60,314 bases of DNA, filler included, from Sphacelaria rigidula (GCA_964200075.2; 7 parts of 7 records of this genome joined end to end with filler, not necessarily neighbours in it); one strand, 5' to 3'. Positions 47,872 to 60,314 are shown, counted from the whole stretch's first letter. Made by a program: numbers and translations. Notes: generated by a model not told the origin, from the sequence alone.

Positions 47872-49449
47872 CCACTCTATGGAAAATTTGCTGTCAGCAT
47901 TCACAAACACCAACTCCAGTGTTCCAGAGAGTGCTACCTCACGAGTCACGCCACCAATCCATTTTACGTTCTTATGGCAAGGCTTTACATCCTTCATACA
48001 AGAGAGAGAATCAGTCATGTGGAAAGCAGTATCCGTGTCTACATACCAATCTTCGACACATCTATCCTTCCTTACAAGAGAAGAAAAATCATGAACAGCA
48101 TCATCACCGAACAAGCACTTACGCAGCATGGCATCGTAAAATGCTACCAGACACGTCAGATCACTCGAGTTGTTCAAGCTGGTTTGAGATAGCAACACCA
48201 AACTAGACCTCTCACCGTTCTCATCCTCGGCGTCCTCGGATTTTCCGGTCTGGGTAGGATTAGCGATAACGCGAGCCAGGCAGTCCTTCCTCAAGTGACC
48301 CTTCTCTCTATGAACGATGGGTCATTCGGACAGAACACCACAAGAGTTTCACGCAAACTCTTGTACTCGTGCGACAGTCCCTCAAGCATCAGGTTGCACA
48401 CCTCTCTGTCATCTTTCTTGACTTCAAGCATTTGTAGTGCACCAAGCGTCTCTCTCATGGGTATAAAGAAGGTTACGGAATTCTCGCATGCGTAGCGACT
48501 TCAGTTTCTCTTCCACCTACGAGAGTACAGTACGCTACTCACAGACAATGGGAGCACACTGTCGTATCCTACGAGCTTACGCGGCTCAGCTTGGAAGATA
48601 TCTACCATCAAGGATGCACATGAACCGATGCTGCACCTATGGCTATTGCTGGGGCCCTTTATAAACCGGAACTTATTGCACCGCTAATCTTGCTACAGTC
48701 AAAACCCAGAACGAAAGAAGCAGCTTGATTACTGGCTGCATTAAATTTCAACAACAGTATCATGTTGGTAAGTCGAAATCAATGTCTGCAATTGGAATCT
48801 CAGCTTCAGAAACAAACGCCTCATACAGATTGTTGTGTCGGGCACTCAACAGAAAGTTCTGCGACCATGAAGGATACGACCCGTCGTTACCGTCAAAAAC
48901 AGGAGCTTTGAGAACTTTTAAAGGACCCCTACCCAACTTCTCTCCTGTGTCAGAAATATCAGCCCCAGGAATCAGAGTGTTTCCACTGGTGACGTTTTCC
49001 CACCACTGACTCCACAGAGAAGGAGCGGGCGGAACAGAGGACTGACCTAAAGCCCCACCTACGGTCCCGATCGAACCAAATTTTCCTGCAGCAACAGAGG
49101 AACGATTTACAGCAGATACATGAGGATTCAAGCCTGATTCTGCAAGACTGCTACTCCCAACCCACATGCTGGACACGCCTAAGCCTTGGGCATCGCCACC
49201 CGTACCTCCCGCGATCCTACCAGTAGTATCAGCAGAAAAAAGCATACTAGTCTCTGGCCCTCCGCCTCCCGGCGCGGCAGCTACAAAACCAGAGGACTCC
49301 ACTTTTCCTCCCTGTTGCTCAACTAGCGTCGATGCTAGAGTCATAAGTTGAGACAACTGAGTCTCTATGGAGCGAATTCTCTCACCAACTTCCTGCGATC
49401 CACCCTCAGCTGGGTCAACCGCAGGATCCTTGTTCCCCGGTTCAGCCAT
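47872..49449 (-). pseudogene. Copia gag and protease
   Basis: APVFDGNDGSYPSWSQNF, LEGLSHEY and WYVDTDTAFHMT (degenerate DSGA motif). Confidence 0.88.
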
Positions 49450-49535
49450 GATGAGGCAGGTTGATCAAGTCTCCCTAGACAGTCTCATGCTCAGTCCAGG
49501 GGGACGAAGCAGCAGTCGACTGATGCGCTATGGCG

Positions 49536-49915
49536 TGTTGGTAAACTCGTGACTTCTGGAGACAAAGATGTGTTGTATTTTTGAGACCTTGGTCCGGAGA
49601 GACGGGCTGGGAAAGTGGAGTGAGCACGGTAGGCGAACTCATGTCCTCTACAACCAAGAAACTCGGACCAACGCACTCCCTTATGTACCACAAAAACCTC
49701 GGATTGTTCCCCGCACCACAAATACCATGCTCGGACTAATGTAGTATCCACAAAGAGTATTCCTACATGAGCAACAGAAAGGACCGCGAACGTTCTTCGC
49801 AAATTCTCAAATATGTAGTAGCTCAGCAACTTATAGATCGACAGTTCCGTTATTTAAATTGTCCAATCAGATGTTCTACGCAAATCAGTCGATACTACAG
49901 CAGCTATCACGAACA
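49536..49915 (-). repeat. Copia 5' LTR, 380 bp
   Basis: TGTT...AACA termini. Confidence 0.92.
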
Positions 49916-49951
49916 AGGGTTAGGGTTAGGGTTAGTGTTGGGGTTAGGGTG
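49916..49951 (+). repeat. Interstitial telomere-like (TTAGGG)n tract
   Basis: agggttagggttagggttagtgttggggttagggtg. Confidence 0.8.
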
Positions 49952-50074
49952 AGGGGCGTGGTTCCTGCAGGAACTGGCCCGATTGGTTTCGAAAAACGTC
50001 AATTCTTGGGTGCTTTGGACTACGGCGCGGTCCTCTAAGCACGCGGTCTTCTCACGCATTACAAGGAAGGGGTA

Positions 50075-51287
50075 CACACGTGGACAAATAGCACCCTGTA
50101 GGACGAGCTGGACAGGGTTCTCCACAGTCTTTGTGAAAACTCCTGTGTAGCATTTGCAAACCCTAGTACCTGTAATAGCATTTTTCATAGCGTTTTTGTC
50201 GAAACCCTGCAAGCAACCCTGTGGAGACGCCTTCCTAATTTGGAAAATTCCAAATTATTTTGGTACGAAATCTGTAGATTTATCTCGGACAGCAGGAAAA
50301 GCTGTTCGAAACAGATCCTTTTTCTCGCCCAATTTATTTGGGCAAAAAAAGGATGTATTTCGAACAGCTTCTCCTGCTACGCAAATCCCATGCACACTCG
50401 CAGATTTGGGATTTGAACAGCAGAAGAAGCTCGAAATACATCTCCCATTTGCCCTCCATTTCATCCGGAGATTGGGGGAAAAGGTATTTATTGCGAACAG
50501 CGTTAGCTGGGCATATCCCGCATACTGTGCCGCCGTCATCAGCATATGGAATCCGACAAGCAGAAAGAATCGTTGAAAATAATTCATCCTTTCGCCCCCC
50601 GATCCATGCACATGGAGAGGGATAAATTATTCTAAACAGTTTTTGCTGACTGGAGATCCGACACACTGATTACGATCAAGTGTATGTCCACACGCCTACG
50701 AGTTTAGATTCTAAGCTTTTGCTTAAGAGGTGGATGCGGCAGTGGAGCTATATACCTCGCATATCAATGCACATTGATTTTGAAAACCCTGTGGTCCACA
50801 GTCTACCAAAATCATTTAACCGAGTATGCTTTTGTTTAGAGAGTTTTTGTTTGATAGTTATTAGGAGCAGAAAATAATTTCGGCACCCTCAACAACTCGG
50901 GTGGCTCAATGGGCAACCTGGCATACGCCCGTACACCAGAACGTGAGTCCAATTCTCACACCTGCCACTTCTCGACCGTTTTGTTCTGCCAGTACCATGC
51001 CCATGCTGCATAGAGTATATTGTATGCGTGCTATAAAGACTGCACAGCATATTAACAGCGATGAATTCTACACGGTGTGACGAAACCCTGTGAAGCGCCC
51101 TGTGTGGCACAAAATAATACTCTACACTCAAATCCCCGTGAGAAACCCTGCACGGTTTCCCTGAACCCTGTGAGGCGTCCTGTGGGGCGCAAAAAACAAC
51201 CCTACAGCCAGATCCCCGCGAGAAACGCTGCACGGTTTCCCTGAACCCTGTACACGTGCCCCACAGGGTGATATTTGTCCACGTGTG
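50075..51287. mobile_element. 1.2-kb non-autonomous DNA transposon with CACACGTGG termini
   Basis: ta|cacacgtggacaaatagcaccctgt ... acagggtgatatttgtccacgtgtg|ta, with ccctg subterminal repeats. Confidence 0.85.
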
Positions 51288-51367
51288 TATTGCCTCCGAC
51301 GAAGAAGGTGTTACACCGAGTGCGTACTCGTACATTATTATAATCCACATGACTGTGTTCAATGGTT

Positions 51368-51619
51368 GCGCCCCGGTGGTGTAACGGTCCGACTGTCGCC
51401 ATTAGGGTGGAGAGAACGGGGGTTCGCTTCCCGATGCGTTGCGTTTTTCCTTCGTGATATATAATTTCCACCGTGGGAAGCGTGAGAACGTGAGTAAACA
51501 AAGTAGTCGACTGGGCTTGTGTGACGTGAGTTGACGGGGTGCGGAAGTGCTGATCCAATCCACCAAAATGAAAGGCACGTACCGGGGGAGAGATGGGTTG
51601 ATCCCTTGAGACCACGGAC
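51368..51619 (+). mobile_element. tRNA-derived SINE family 2
   Basis: A box tggtgtaacgg and B box ggttcgcttcc; homologous to 40323-40590. Confidence 0.75.
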
Positions 51620-51684
51620 AAAAACGTTTTCGTGAGATTGAGAGTAGCTCTTCGATTGAGAGTGGCTTTGATCATTCGCTTTAA

Positions 51685-51784
51685 NNNNNNNNNNNNNNNN
51701 NNNNNNNNNNNNNNNNNNNNNNNNNNNNTTAATTAATTAANNNNNNNNNNNNNNNNNNNNNNNNNNNNNNNNNNNNNNNNNNNN
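51685..51784. other. Artificial contig linker
   Basis: 44N-TTAATTAATTAA-44N. Confidence 0.98.
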
Positions 51785-51889
51785 AGGGAACACTCTGCAC
51801 CCCCTTGCCCGAGGGTTCTCGGTATGCCTTGGTCGGGGTTAGGGTTAGGGTTAGCGTTAGGGTTGGCGACATCTCCATAGTATTAACCA

Positions 51890-52092
51890 TCGTTTACGTA
51901 CAAATCCTCAGCTCGCCTCTCGCTGAATCCCTCTCGCGATAAAAAATGAGAGCAAGCACCGCAGAAGGAAGGTGGAGAACTAAAACAAACTAAAAAGAAC
52001 AGCTCCGTGTTGGGGTTCCTCCTGTGTGACCCCGGCTGGTGCGCCCACATATACCGAAAGATGTAGACCGATGTCCGGAATGAATGGGATGG
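51890..52092 (+). mobile_element. SINE family 1, 5'-truncated copy
   Basis: Inversely similar to 19127-19330. Confidence 0.65.
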
Positions 52093-52174
52093 CAACACAC
52101 ACTCGAGTCATTGTTCGTTGTGGAAAAAAATGAAACGAGCAAGCACTCGAGTCATTGCTCGTTGTGGAAAAAAT

Positions 52175-52431
52175 CAAGGGTCGGACAAATAATGTTTCGT
52201 CTGGAAATTACTTGGTTCTAGTATAATTGATTCGACTCATACGAATCAATCTCTAGGCTTTGTTTTCAGCGTTGCAACGTAGCTGCCCGCAGCCCAGACA
52301 CGCGGAATGGCGCAAAAGTTGCGTGGATGCCCCTTGGACCAGCGGTCGACTTTTTTCTCCCTGTTGGGCAATCAGGCCGAAGAAATCGTGGATTTGGTGA
52401 TTCGTAGTCGTGATGATTCGTCCTAACCGTG
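52175..52431. mobile_element. hAT-like MITE copy
   Basis: Reverse-oriented copy of 23434-23689; TSD gaaaaaat/ggaaaaat. Confidence 0.8.
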
Positions 52432-52589
52432 GGAAAAATCAAAAGGGCAAGCACTCGAGTCATTGCTCGTTATAAAAAAAAAAAGTAATGACTCGAGCGC
52501 ACGAGCCATTGCTCGTTGTGTTTTCAAAAAATATCCACGAGTACACTTGTTTCGACGAGTAATGACTCGTCCGACGCGTGAAAAACTCC

Positions 52590-54350
52590 CCCCGTTTTTT
52601 GATTGCTTCACCGCTTTTTGTTGAAAATCCGTGTTTGGCCTAACATGAAAGTGCGGCCAGCGGGAAATGCAAAGTTGCCCTGGAACGGCCTCAATGAGTA
52701 GGGCAAGTCAATCCGAGGCGTCAACATCCGCCTAGCCCTCTTTTCAGGCGTAAAACGACGGCGAAGGGCCAAAACGGCAGTTTCAAACGGGAGTTTTGAA
52801 CGGCTCCCATTAGAGTCCGTCTTAGGCCAACTCTAATGGGGGCCGTTCAAAACATTATTTTTGAAATTTTTCTGACGTATTTTTTCTTCTACCACGATTC
52901 TGAATGGGGACCAAACCACACACTATTATGGCATAAGGTTGGAGTCGCACATATGTGTTGAAGTTGGCGTGACCTTGGAGTTGTGGACCTATATACAACA
53001 GCACCCGAAGAAGACGTGACGGCTGCACAGCCATCATGCGACTTTCCAACTTGTGTCAACACCATTTTGTTCCCACCCACCCGTACAGACCGAACCAGCC
53101 GCGGTTCAACATCTCAGGCAATCTCCAACTTCGATCAAACTGTTTTCGTAGGATTCAAACAAGTACAGCATGAGAATGATGGACGTGGGCACCAATAATT
53201 GCACTGTTGGTTTACAAACGACAACACATCCAACGCCCCATGATGGTGGTGCTTCCGGCAGTGTCTAGCCTTGTGTACTGACCGAGACACAACAACAGTA
53301 CTGCAGTTCACGCAATCCTCAGCACACATCAAACCGTCTTTGCAGGGCACCACACCACCTGTCAGCTGCAAAGAGACAGGAATGCTGGCTCTGCGCACCA
53401 ATAACCTCGTTCGTTGCGAAAGACACAGCAGCCAACAAACACGTACTATAGAGCATTTTCAACTTCGACAAGACAGTACTTGCCTGCCGACAGCAGTCGT
53501 TCGTAACACAACAGCAGTACAGCAGTTCGGGTAATTCCAGCTGAGACCAGACAGTTTTGGCAAAGTCTAAACACACGATTGTGCAGTGACAGGTGCAGCA
53601 CACGAGAGAGCCAGTCTGTGTGTGCTGTAGCGCAGTAAAATATGACATATCCCATTTTACTTCTTGTGACAAATTCTGAACAGATCCTCAAGCGTTTGGA
53701 ATCGTCCCACAATTCTACGCGCTTGGCAGGAATTCATCAATTTTTGGGGTCGGTTCGAAATTTTGAGGGTCCAAGTCTTGACGATTTTGTTCCATGACAG
53801 TCGTTTTTTGTGATCACCCGTTCAAAATTGTTGAGAAATGAAATCTGAACGGCTCCCCCTAGATCGACCATAATGGGAGGCGTTCAAAATTCCTGTTCAA
53901 AACTGCCTTTTTGGCCCCTTCTCTGTCGTTTCACGCCTGAAAAGAGGGCTAGGTGGATATTGACGCCTTGGATTGACTTGCTCTACGAGTACTCATTGAC
54001 ACCGTTCAAGGGCTACTTTGCATTTCCCGCTGGCTGCACTTTCATTTTTGGCCAAACACGGATTTTTGATGAAAAACGGTCAAGCGAGCAACAAACAGGG
54101 GGAAATGTTGATAACCTGACCGTTTTTTACTGAAAATCCGTGTTTGACTTGGTTTGGCCAAGAACAAAACTACGGCCAGCGGGAAAAGTAAAGTTGTCCT
54201 GGAACGATCTCAACGAGTAGAGTAAGTCATCCCAAGGGGTCAGCATCTGCCTTGCCCTCTATTCGGCGGTAAATCGACGGAGAAGGGCCCAAAAAGCAGT
54301 TTTCAACGGGGATTTTGAACGGCTTCCGTTAGCGTTGGCCGTATTAGAGT
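52590..54350. repeat. Cluster of ~230-bp arms in direct and inverted orientation
   Basis: 52590-52812 resembles 54130-54332 directly and 53871-54102 inversely; short hairpin at 52794-52851. Confidence 0.7.
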
Positions 54351-55181
54351 CGGTCTCATCGAGCAAAATCCGGATAGTAACGAGTTATTCCGATCGAATT
54401 CGTTCGTTTTGCGGGGTTTGGGCCTCTGAGGGCGTGTCTTGGGCCGTGTCTTAGCACGTAATTTTTCGATCGAACAAGTGCGGTGCAAAACGAAAATCTC
54501 GATATGGTGGGTCGTGATCTCAACCATCTTCAAAATGAACGATGATGGTTGAAACTACGACCCATCAGATCGGAATTTTTGTTTTCCACCACACTTGTTC
54601 CATCAAAAACTAATGTGCGAACACAAGCCCTTAGCACTTCCTTCTTCGATCGAAAAAATTGGGCGGTGGAATCGATTTGAGCGTTATCGAAAGTGCAGCT
54701 TTGTATTGCCTGCACTGCCTACGAGAGTGGGCGCAACTCGGTTGCCCACCGCACCACGCAGTTCCGTCGCTGATCCCCACCATGAGAGAAGATGTGCAAG
54801 TTTTCGCCAATAAAAATAAACAAAGCACACTCAACTACTGCAGTCGTGCTCTATGCTGCAGGGTTGCGGTGGTAGCTGAGAATGAGTTGGATGGGGTTTG
54901 CACGGTCCCGTGAACAGGTGTTATTTGGCGCGGTGGTCTGTAAGATAGGAATCAAGTGCCGTATCGTGCCTTTCGACCGCATGTTTTCGATCGAAAACGA
55001 TTGTTATTTACCTCGTTGCATTCTTTTCCGCGCGCCGCTAATTATAATTATGAGTTGAAGCCTTCTGGAAACATGAATGCGGTGGACCTAGGGGATCGGC
55101 AAAAAAAGTTCAACCGCGTTTTTTCGATCGAAAAAAAAGGTGCTGAGACACGCCCCAAGACAGGCCCTCATCGCTGTTTCC

Positions 55182-55543
55182 GACTCGAAAACGTACGGCG
55201 GAATCGAATTTGCTTGTACCTGATACGTCAATGGCATGCATGTTTTCAACCATCTGGGAAAATAAATAGCGTGGACGAATCGGAAACGAGCGAATTCGAT
55301 TCGACCGCACGTTTTAGACACAAAATGTTTTCGTGTCGGAACCGTGCGGTCGAACCGAATTCCCTCGTTTCTGATTCGCCCGTTTATTTATCAAGGTGTT
55401 TTAGTGTCTAAAACGTGCGGCCGAATCGAATTCGCTCGTTTCCGATTCGTCCACGCTCTTTATTTTCTCAGATGGTTGAGAACATGGATGCCGCGGACGT
55501 ATGAGGTACAAGCAAATTCGATTCCATCGTTCGTTTTCGAGTC
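55182..55543. mobile_element. Foldback MITE with ~140-bp arms
   Basis: 55182-55321 is inversely similar to 55404-55543. Confidence 0.75.
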
Positions 55544-58500
55544 GACGAACAATTTGATAAGACACGCCCTGAGCGCACATGCAAACACTAAGCACGAAAA
55601 AGCGGCGGAGCTTCGCGAAGCGGTACTTGATCACTTTTACCAAAATTGAAAAGCGGCCAACGTGCAGTGGAGACAGTACTGTTCGCGTCAAAAGGATGTA
55701 AAACAGTAGTGAACAATATGAAGTACAGTGTCGTACAGACAGTACCGCCTGTACTGTCTACATACAGAAGGACATGCAAAATATTTAATCAACGTGCAGT
55801 TTTGCGCTGTCCGTACTATCCATCAGCGTCTACCGTAGGCCATTCGGTCGCCTACCCCCTACCCCCAACGCAATTTCGTCGCCTACCCCCTATCCCCATC
55901 GCTACTAACACATGAAAGATACTCAAGGTATTCGACGACGAGAAAGAAACGTGCCTCCCAAGAGGGTGATAGTGCCGGTTCCCACCAAAAAGGAAATACA
56001 GCATGTCAAGAGCGTGGTGGTGCCAGTTCCGATTAATGTTGTGCATCACTGTTCTGATCTCGTCCTCTATGCTTCAGGGTTGCGGTGCTAATTGACAATG
56101 CGTTGTATCGGGTGCGCTTGGTGTCAGGGGGTGGTATCTGGCGTGGTGGTCTTAAAGATGAAAGTCACGTGCCCCTCCATCAAGTCCTTAGAGGACATAA
56201 TGCAAGTTACAGTTTGCAATTTTCACGCGTGGATCACGGGTATTCCAGCCCTGCCGAGATGCGGTTTGCATCGGAGAGACTGTCCAAGACTGTCTCAGTA
56301 CTGCACACAGACAACATTATTCCTTGTACTGCCGGCTAGGAATGCAGAACATACAGTACAGTGTCAAATTCGTGGGGATATTACCGGACTGTGATGCGGT
56401 TCGTGTCCGAAGTGCTTCCTCCCTCTGCAGTGATGATATGTATCATTTTCCAGTTCCCATCTTTCTGCCTCAGCGAAAGCGCAGGTCTGTATCACCCACT
56501 TGCCGTGCTGATTTGGACACCTCCCTTCCAGCGTTTATTACTGTATCATGGTCTCGGCAAATTTTGACCTTGGAATATGACCATCTGGAGTACACGCCGC
56601 GGATGATGAATTTCAACCTCCGTAAATGCCTCCATTGCACTGTGCTGTATTGAAAATTAGGGAACAACATCGCTGGGAACTCAAATGAAAAAATGGCGAC
56701 GTTTTCTTCTCCAACTATTGCACTTCTCTCAACTTCGGAAGAGGCGGCCTCGTGGGATACGTCCGCTGGGGCCAACATCGACCTGTTTCTCCGTAAAAAA
56801 TGCGCGAGATCTTGCATTCTTCTGCCGAAAGATCCCGTTTTTCAATTGAGGGTCTGTGTGGAAAAGATTTTCGGACATGGAGCCTCGCCCCCGCCCCCCA
56901 TCTTCTAGTAGTATGAGATAGAGAAGTGCAGGATGAACCATATCTGTAGGGAGATGAGATTCTGAGATATCTTCCGCAAAACAAAACACGATCCACGAAT
57001 ATTTTTTTGGTACGTTTGTGGTACCAACTACGAGCGCGTCACAAAAACTGAGGATTTTCACGGAATACATTGAGGTTCCTAGAGCAAAAAACAGTTTTTG
57101 GACATTTCCACCCACACAAGTTTGAACGGAAATGTCGAAAATACGGTTTTGGCTCCAGATCCCTGAGAATTGGGCAAATCTCCTCATATTTTTGTGACGT
57201 GCTCGTAGTTGGTACCACAAACTTACCGAAGAAAAATTGGTGAACGTGGATTTGTTTTGCGCGAGATGCGGCGGTTCTTAATTTTGAAAATATCATCCAG
57301 ATATCGGTCATCCTACACTTCAATATCTCTCCCTCACAGAGCGCATCTTTTCAGTTTGTCATTATTTGTCGAAAATCGTCGTGATTTTTGTTTGTTTGTT
57401 ATTATTGTTTAAGAAATCGATCAAGAAACACCGCGACGAAAACCGAACGTAAGTCTGGTGGGTTTCGCGAAGTTCGCACATTTGCCGCTGATCCTTGCCC
57501 GCGCTCTGTCCCAACGACCTCGGATGCTGGCCACGCTCACATGCATATGTATGCACACGAGCGCATGATAGCGATCGGGCTGCAGTCAAAGTAGGAACAT
57601 CATCTATCTCACACCTCACCAAACTTGACCAGACTACTGGTAGGTACTGTTGTACTAGAGGCACACGATACGGAACATGATCCCATAAATGTATCGACTC
57701 TCGCCGCACAGCTATGCGTAGGACGCCGCCCCTGTACGTTTCACCACATTGCTTGCTGGCGTTCACGATTGACAGGCTACAATGTTGTGTCTGCTCGTCG
57801 ACGCTGAGCCATGGCGAGCCCACCGGAGGGACATTAATAAACAATAGGTGAAGAGGGTGCGCTCATCCCAGGAAACTGAACCTCCGATCGAACCACAGTG
57901 GGGAGGCTAGTTTATAGGCGCCAAACCCCAACACGGCGCATACCGAGAGCCCTGGGGCAAGGGCGGTACACGCATTCCCTAGGCAAAGTGTGGCTTTGGT
58001 AGACCCCGAATCGGCGCCCGTGGCGCCGATTTCAACAAGAACGTGTTCTGCGCAGGCGAGGTGCACACCGCGCAACTAAAGATCGGATTCTCATCACACA
58101 GAATCAAATCAAGTAATATCAACCATGAACATTTGTAGCTCAACGCCAGTAAACTCTACTGACAGTGGGAGTGGGAGCCACTAGGACACCGTTCTTTTAC
58201 GTCCGAGACATTTCGCAAGACATTCTCTAGATTTTTCAGGGCACGCACGCACTACTGTCTGTGGTCCCTGATCCATCATGCCGCAGACAGGCAATAACTT
58301 GACCCACAGACTGTGAGCGCACAAACGAAGATCAACGCGGCAGTTGCCAAAACAAACACCGATAGGTACAGATGGAGTAAACTGTTATTTTGTACATCAC
58401 ACCATGCGTAATGCTGATGCTGTACTGCTGTACTGTTGTCATACCGAACCTGATAAATAATGCAAAAAAAGATACACGGCACAGGGCAGGGCATATAGCA

Positions 58501-58545
58501 CCGTTGTAGCATATTTCCACTACTACTTCATGATCCATTACCCAC

Positions 58546-59046
58546 CTCCTGAGCGCAGGGTAGTCCGATGGTCTCCTCACTTCGCCTGCACATCTCTTCC
58601 ATCTCTGCCCAGGATCCACTTTCCCTTACCAGGTCCCTATTCTTGTTACTTTTCAAGCGGGCGTTGTTATTTGTTCCCCATTCAAGATCCCGATCGGCGT
58701 CGCCTTGCGGGCCGTGTAACTTCGTGTCACGGCCACCTCTATCACCAGCGAAGCCGAAGCCGTACCACGATTTCGCATCGTTATTCCTATGGCGCTGCTG
58801 CTGTTGCTGCTGCTGTTGCTGCTGCTGTTGAGCGTTCGATATGTTCCTACCCCCCCGTCCACCACCAAGTCGGCCCCACCCTCCGATTGAGGCTGAAAGA
58901 AATGAGCCAAAGCGCGACCTGTTACCACCCCATAAACCGCCACCCGAACCGCTAGTACGACCACCACCTCCCCCACCTCGTTCCCCACCCCTCTCGCTCC
59001 CTGGGTGAAGGCCACCCTCACGGCGCTGCCGCCAGTTGCTCCCCAT
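58546..59046 (-). CDS. Probable first exon of an unidentified protein with Gly/Arg-rich and polyQ low-complexity sequence
   Basis: ATG at 59046 with upstream in-frame stops; 167 open codons; CAG/CAA run encoding Q12; donor GAG|gtgggt. Confidence 0.55.
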
Positions 59047-59574
59047 GATGTCTATTTTTCTTGTTTCAAAGCTTTGCCGTGATCTGCCCGTGATCTACTA
59101 CTAGAGATGGACGTCAAATTGCTGTCGTGGTTTACTGAGATATTTTTAACGCTGTTTCCAAGCCGTTTCTGCATCTTTTTCTGCTATTGTAGAGGGCACT
59201 TTCAGACCCGCGGTTGGATATCGAGGCTCGGGTAGTCAAAATACCTGCCCGAGGAAGATCGCGTTGATTGACTTGATCCGATTCGATTGATTGATCGCTG
59301 CATATCAACCGGTCCGCTACAGAATCAGCCGCGGTAACAAGACAGGTGTCATCAAGGTCGACTGAACGGAGACCCCGCTGGAGAAACCAGAAGTGCGCTA
59401 TTATTATTACTATATCATGCAGCATTATAATTCGAAGCGATCAACTGTATGTGGGGGTGAGCATATTGGTAGGCCCGTGAAAAACAACACGAAAGAGCAA
59501 GGCTTATTGAGAGACAACTCTATAGATTGAGGTCGTACGATCAAGTCAGGTTCACGCCCCAAACAATGCTTTCC

Positions 59575-60160
59575 CCACACTTTCAACGATGGTACCCGAT
59601 TACTTTTTTGTCGGCCTCATGCTCCTCGATCGCGTGGATACTTCTTCGGCGCATTTCACCGACTCTGTGAGCTTACAGCGCGGACCGAAACCAAGAACGT
59701 TTTTGTGAAATTGAGAGTACAGCGCTGATTGGGGGTGCTTTCGGTAATTCGCTTGAACCTAGCATTTTTTTCATTGAGCGTGTGCTTTTCTTTGCCTCTA
59801 TCATTAGCGTGTGCTCACGGCTACACATCGATATCCTACTCAGGGATATCAAGGGCCTCAGAGGCAAGCTACTGCAGAAATCATATTGGGCCTGGTGGAG
59901 GGACATTCCGGATTTGAAACGACTCATTCACTAATTGACCGTTTTACACTCTCAATCGTATCCTCTACTCTCAATCTCACGAAAACGTTGTTAACCGTCG
60001 TTTCCCCTGATATCACCCCCCTGAAAAATCAGGGAAAATGACGGTTTCGGCCAGCGCTGTAAGCTCATAGAGTGGATAAAATGCGCCGAAAAAGCTTCTA
60101 TCTCATAGAGGGGCATTAGGCCGACAAGCAAGGCATTGGATACCATCGCTGCACAGTAGT
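59575..60160. mobile_element. MITE family A copy containing a nested family B MITE
   Basis: Arms match 1-258; the insert at 59693-59992 is flanked by aacc/aacc. Confidence 0.8.
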
Positions 60161-60314
60161 GAACAGCGGACCCTGAAAAGTGGGGTTCATCTCAAATATG
60201 AGGTTCAAGTGGCATATCGGTTTTGCAGGGATGAAGCGAAACAGTAACACAGAGCGAAACCATCTCCCCCCCCCAAACCTCTGGAGCAGAGAATCAGTTG
60301 TGGCTAAATGCACC

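Larger units (their letters stand above)
44446..49915 (-). mobile_element. Ty1/Copia LTR retrotransposon, degenerate, RNase H deleted
   Basis: Order gag-PR-INT-RT; LTRs at 49536-49915 and 44446-44732; 5-bp TSD AGGGT at 44441-44445 and 49916-49920. Confidence 0.96.
44379..50063. mobile_element. Small MITE (about 210 bp without its insert) with an internal (TTAGGG)n tract, split by the Copia element
   Basis: TIR tgtaatgggtgagaggaccgcgtgcttagaggaccgc at 44379 and its near reverse complement ending at 50063. Confidence 0.75.

Noticed and set aside
49916..49951. True chromosome end
   Set aside because: The tract is short, degenerate and internal to a MITE.

Overview
Eukaryotic, repeat-dominated DNA. 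It is most likely a brown alga or other stramenopile; this is inferred from long TE-filled introns, TTAGGG motifs and the recalled style of the LINE/LTR proteins, not from a database search. The window is not one locus. It is seven contigs of 8532, 8532, 8530, 8530, 8530, 8530 and 8530 bp joined by an artificial 100-bp linker (44N-TTAATTAATTAA-44N), so no adjacency across linkers is meaningful. Host genes: three phase-compatible exons of an FCP1/NIF-type HAD phosphatase (contig 4), three phase-compatible exons of a GET3/ArsA ATPase (contig 5), and a probable Gly/Arg- and polyQ-rich first exon (contig 7). Mobile DNA: three degenerate Ty3/Gypsy elements, one Ty1/Copia element with both LTRs and a TSD, a LINE 3' fragment, at least two tRNA-derived SINE families, and many MITE/foldback families. 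The most notable items are a Gypsy integrase tail with a chromodomain followed by a second, Tudor-like module; a 2.7-kb modular satellite in the GET3 intron; a Copia element inserted within a (TTAGGG)n tract; and MITEs with AACA...TGTT ends and 4-bp TSDs that I cannot place in a superfamily. No clearly new autonomous system is proven by the sequence alone.
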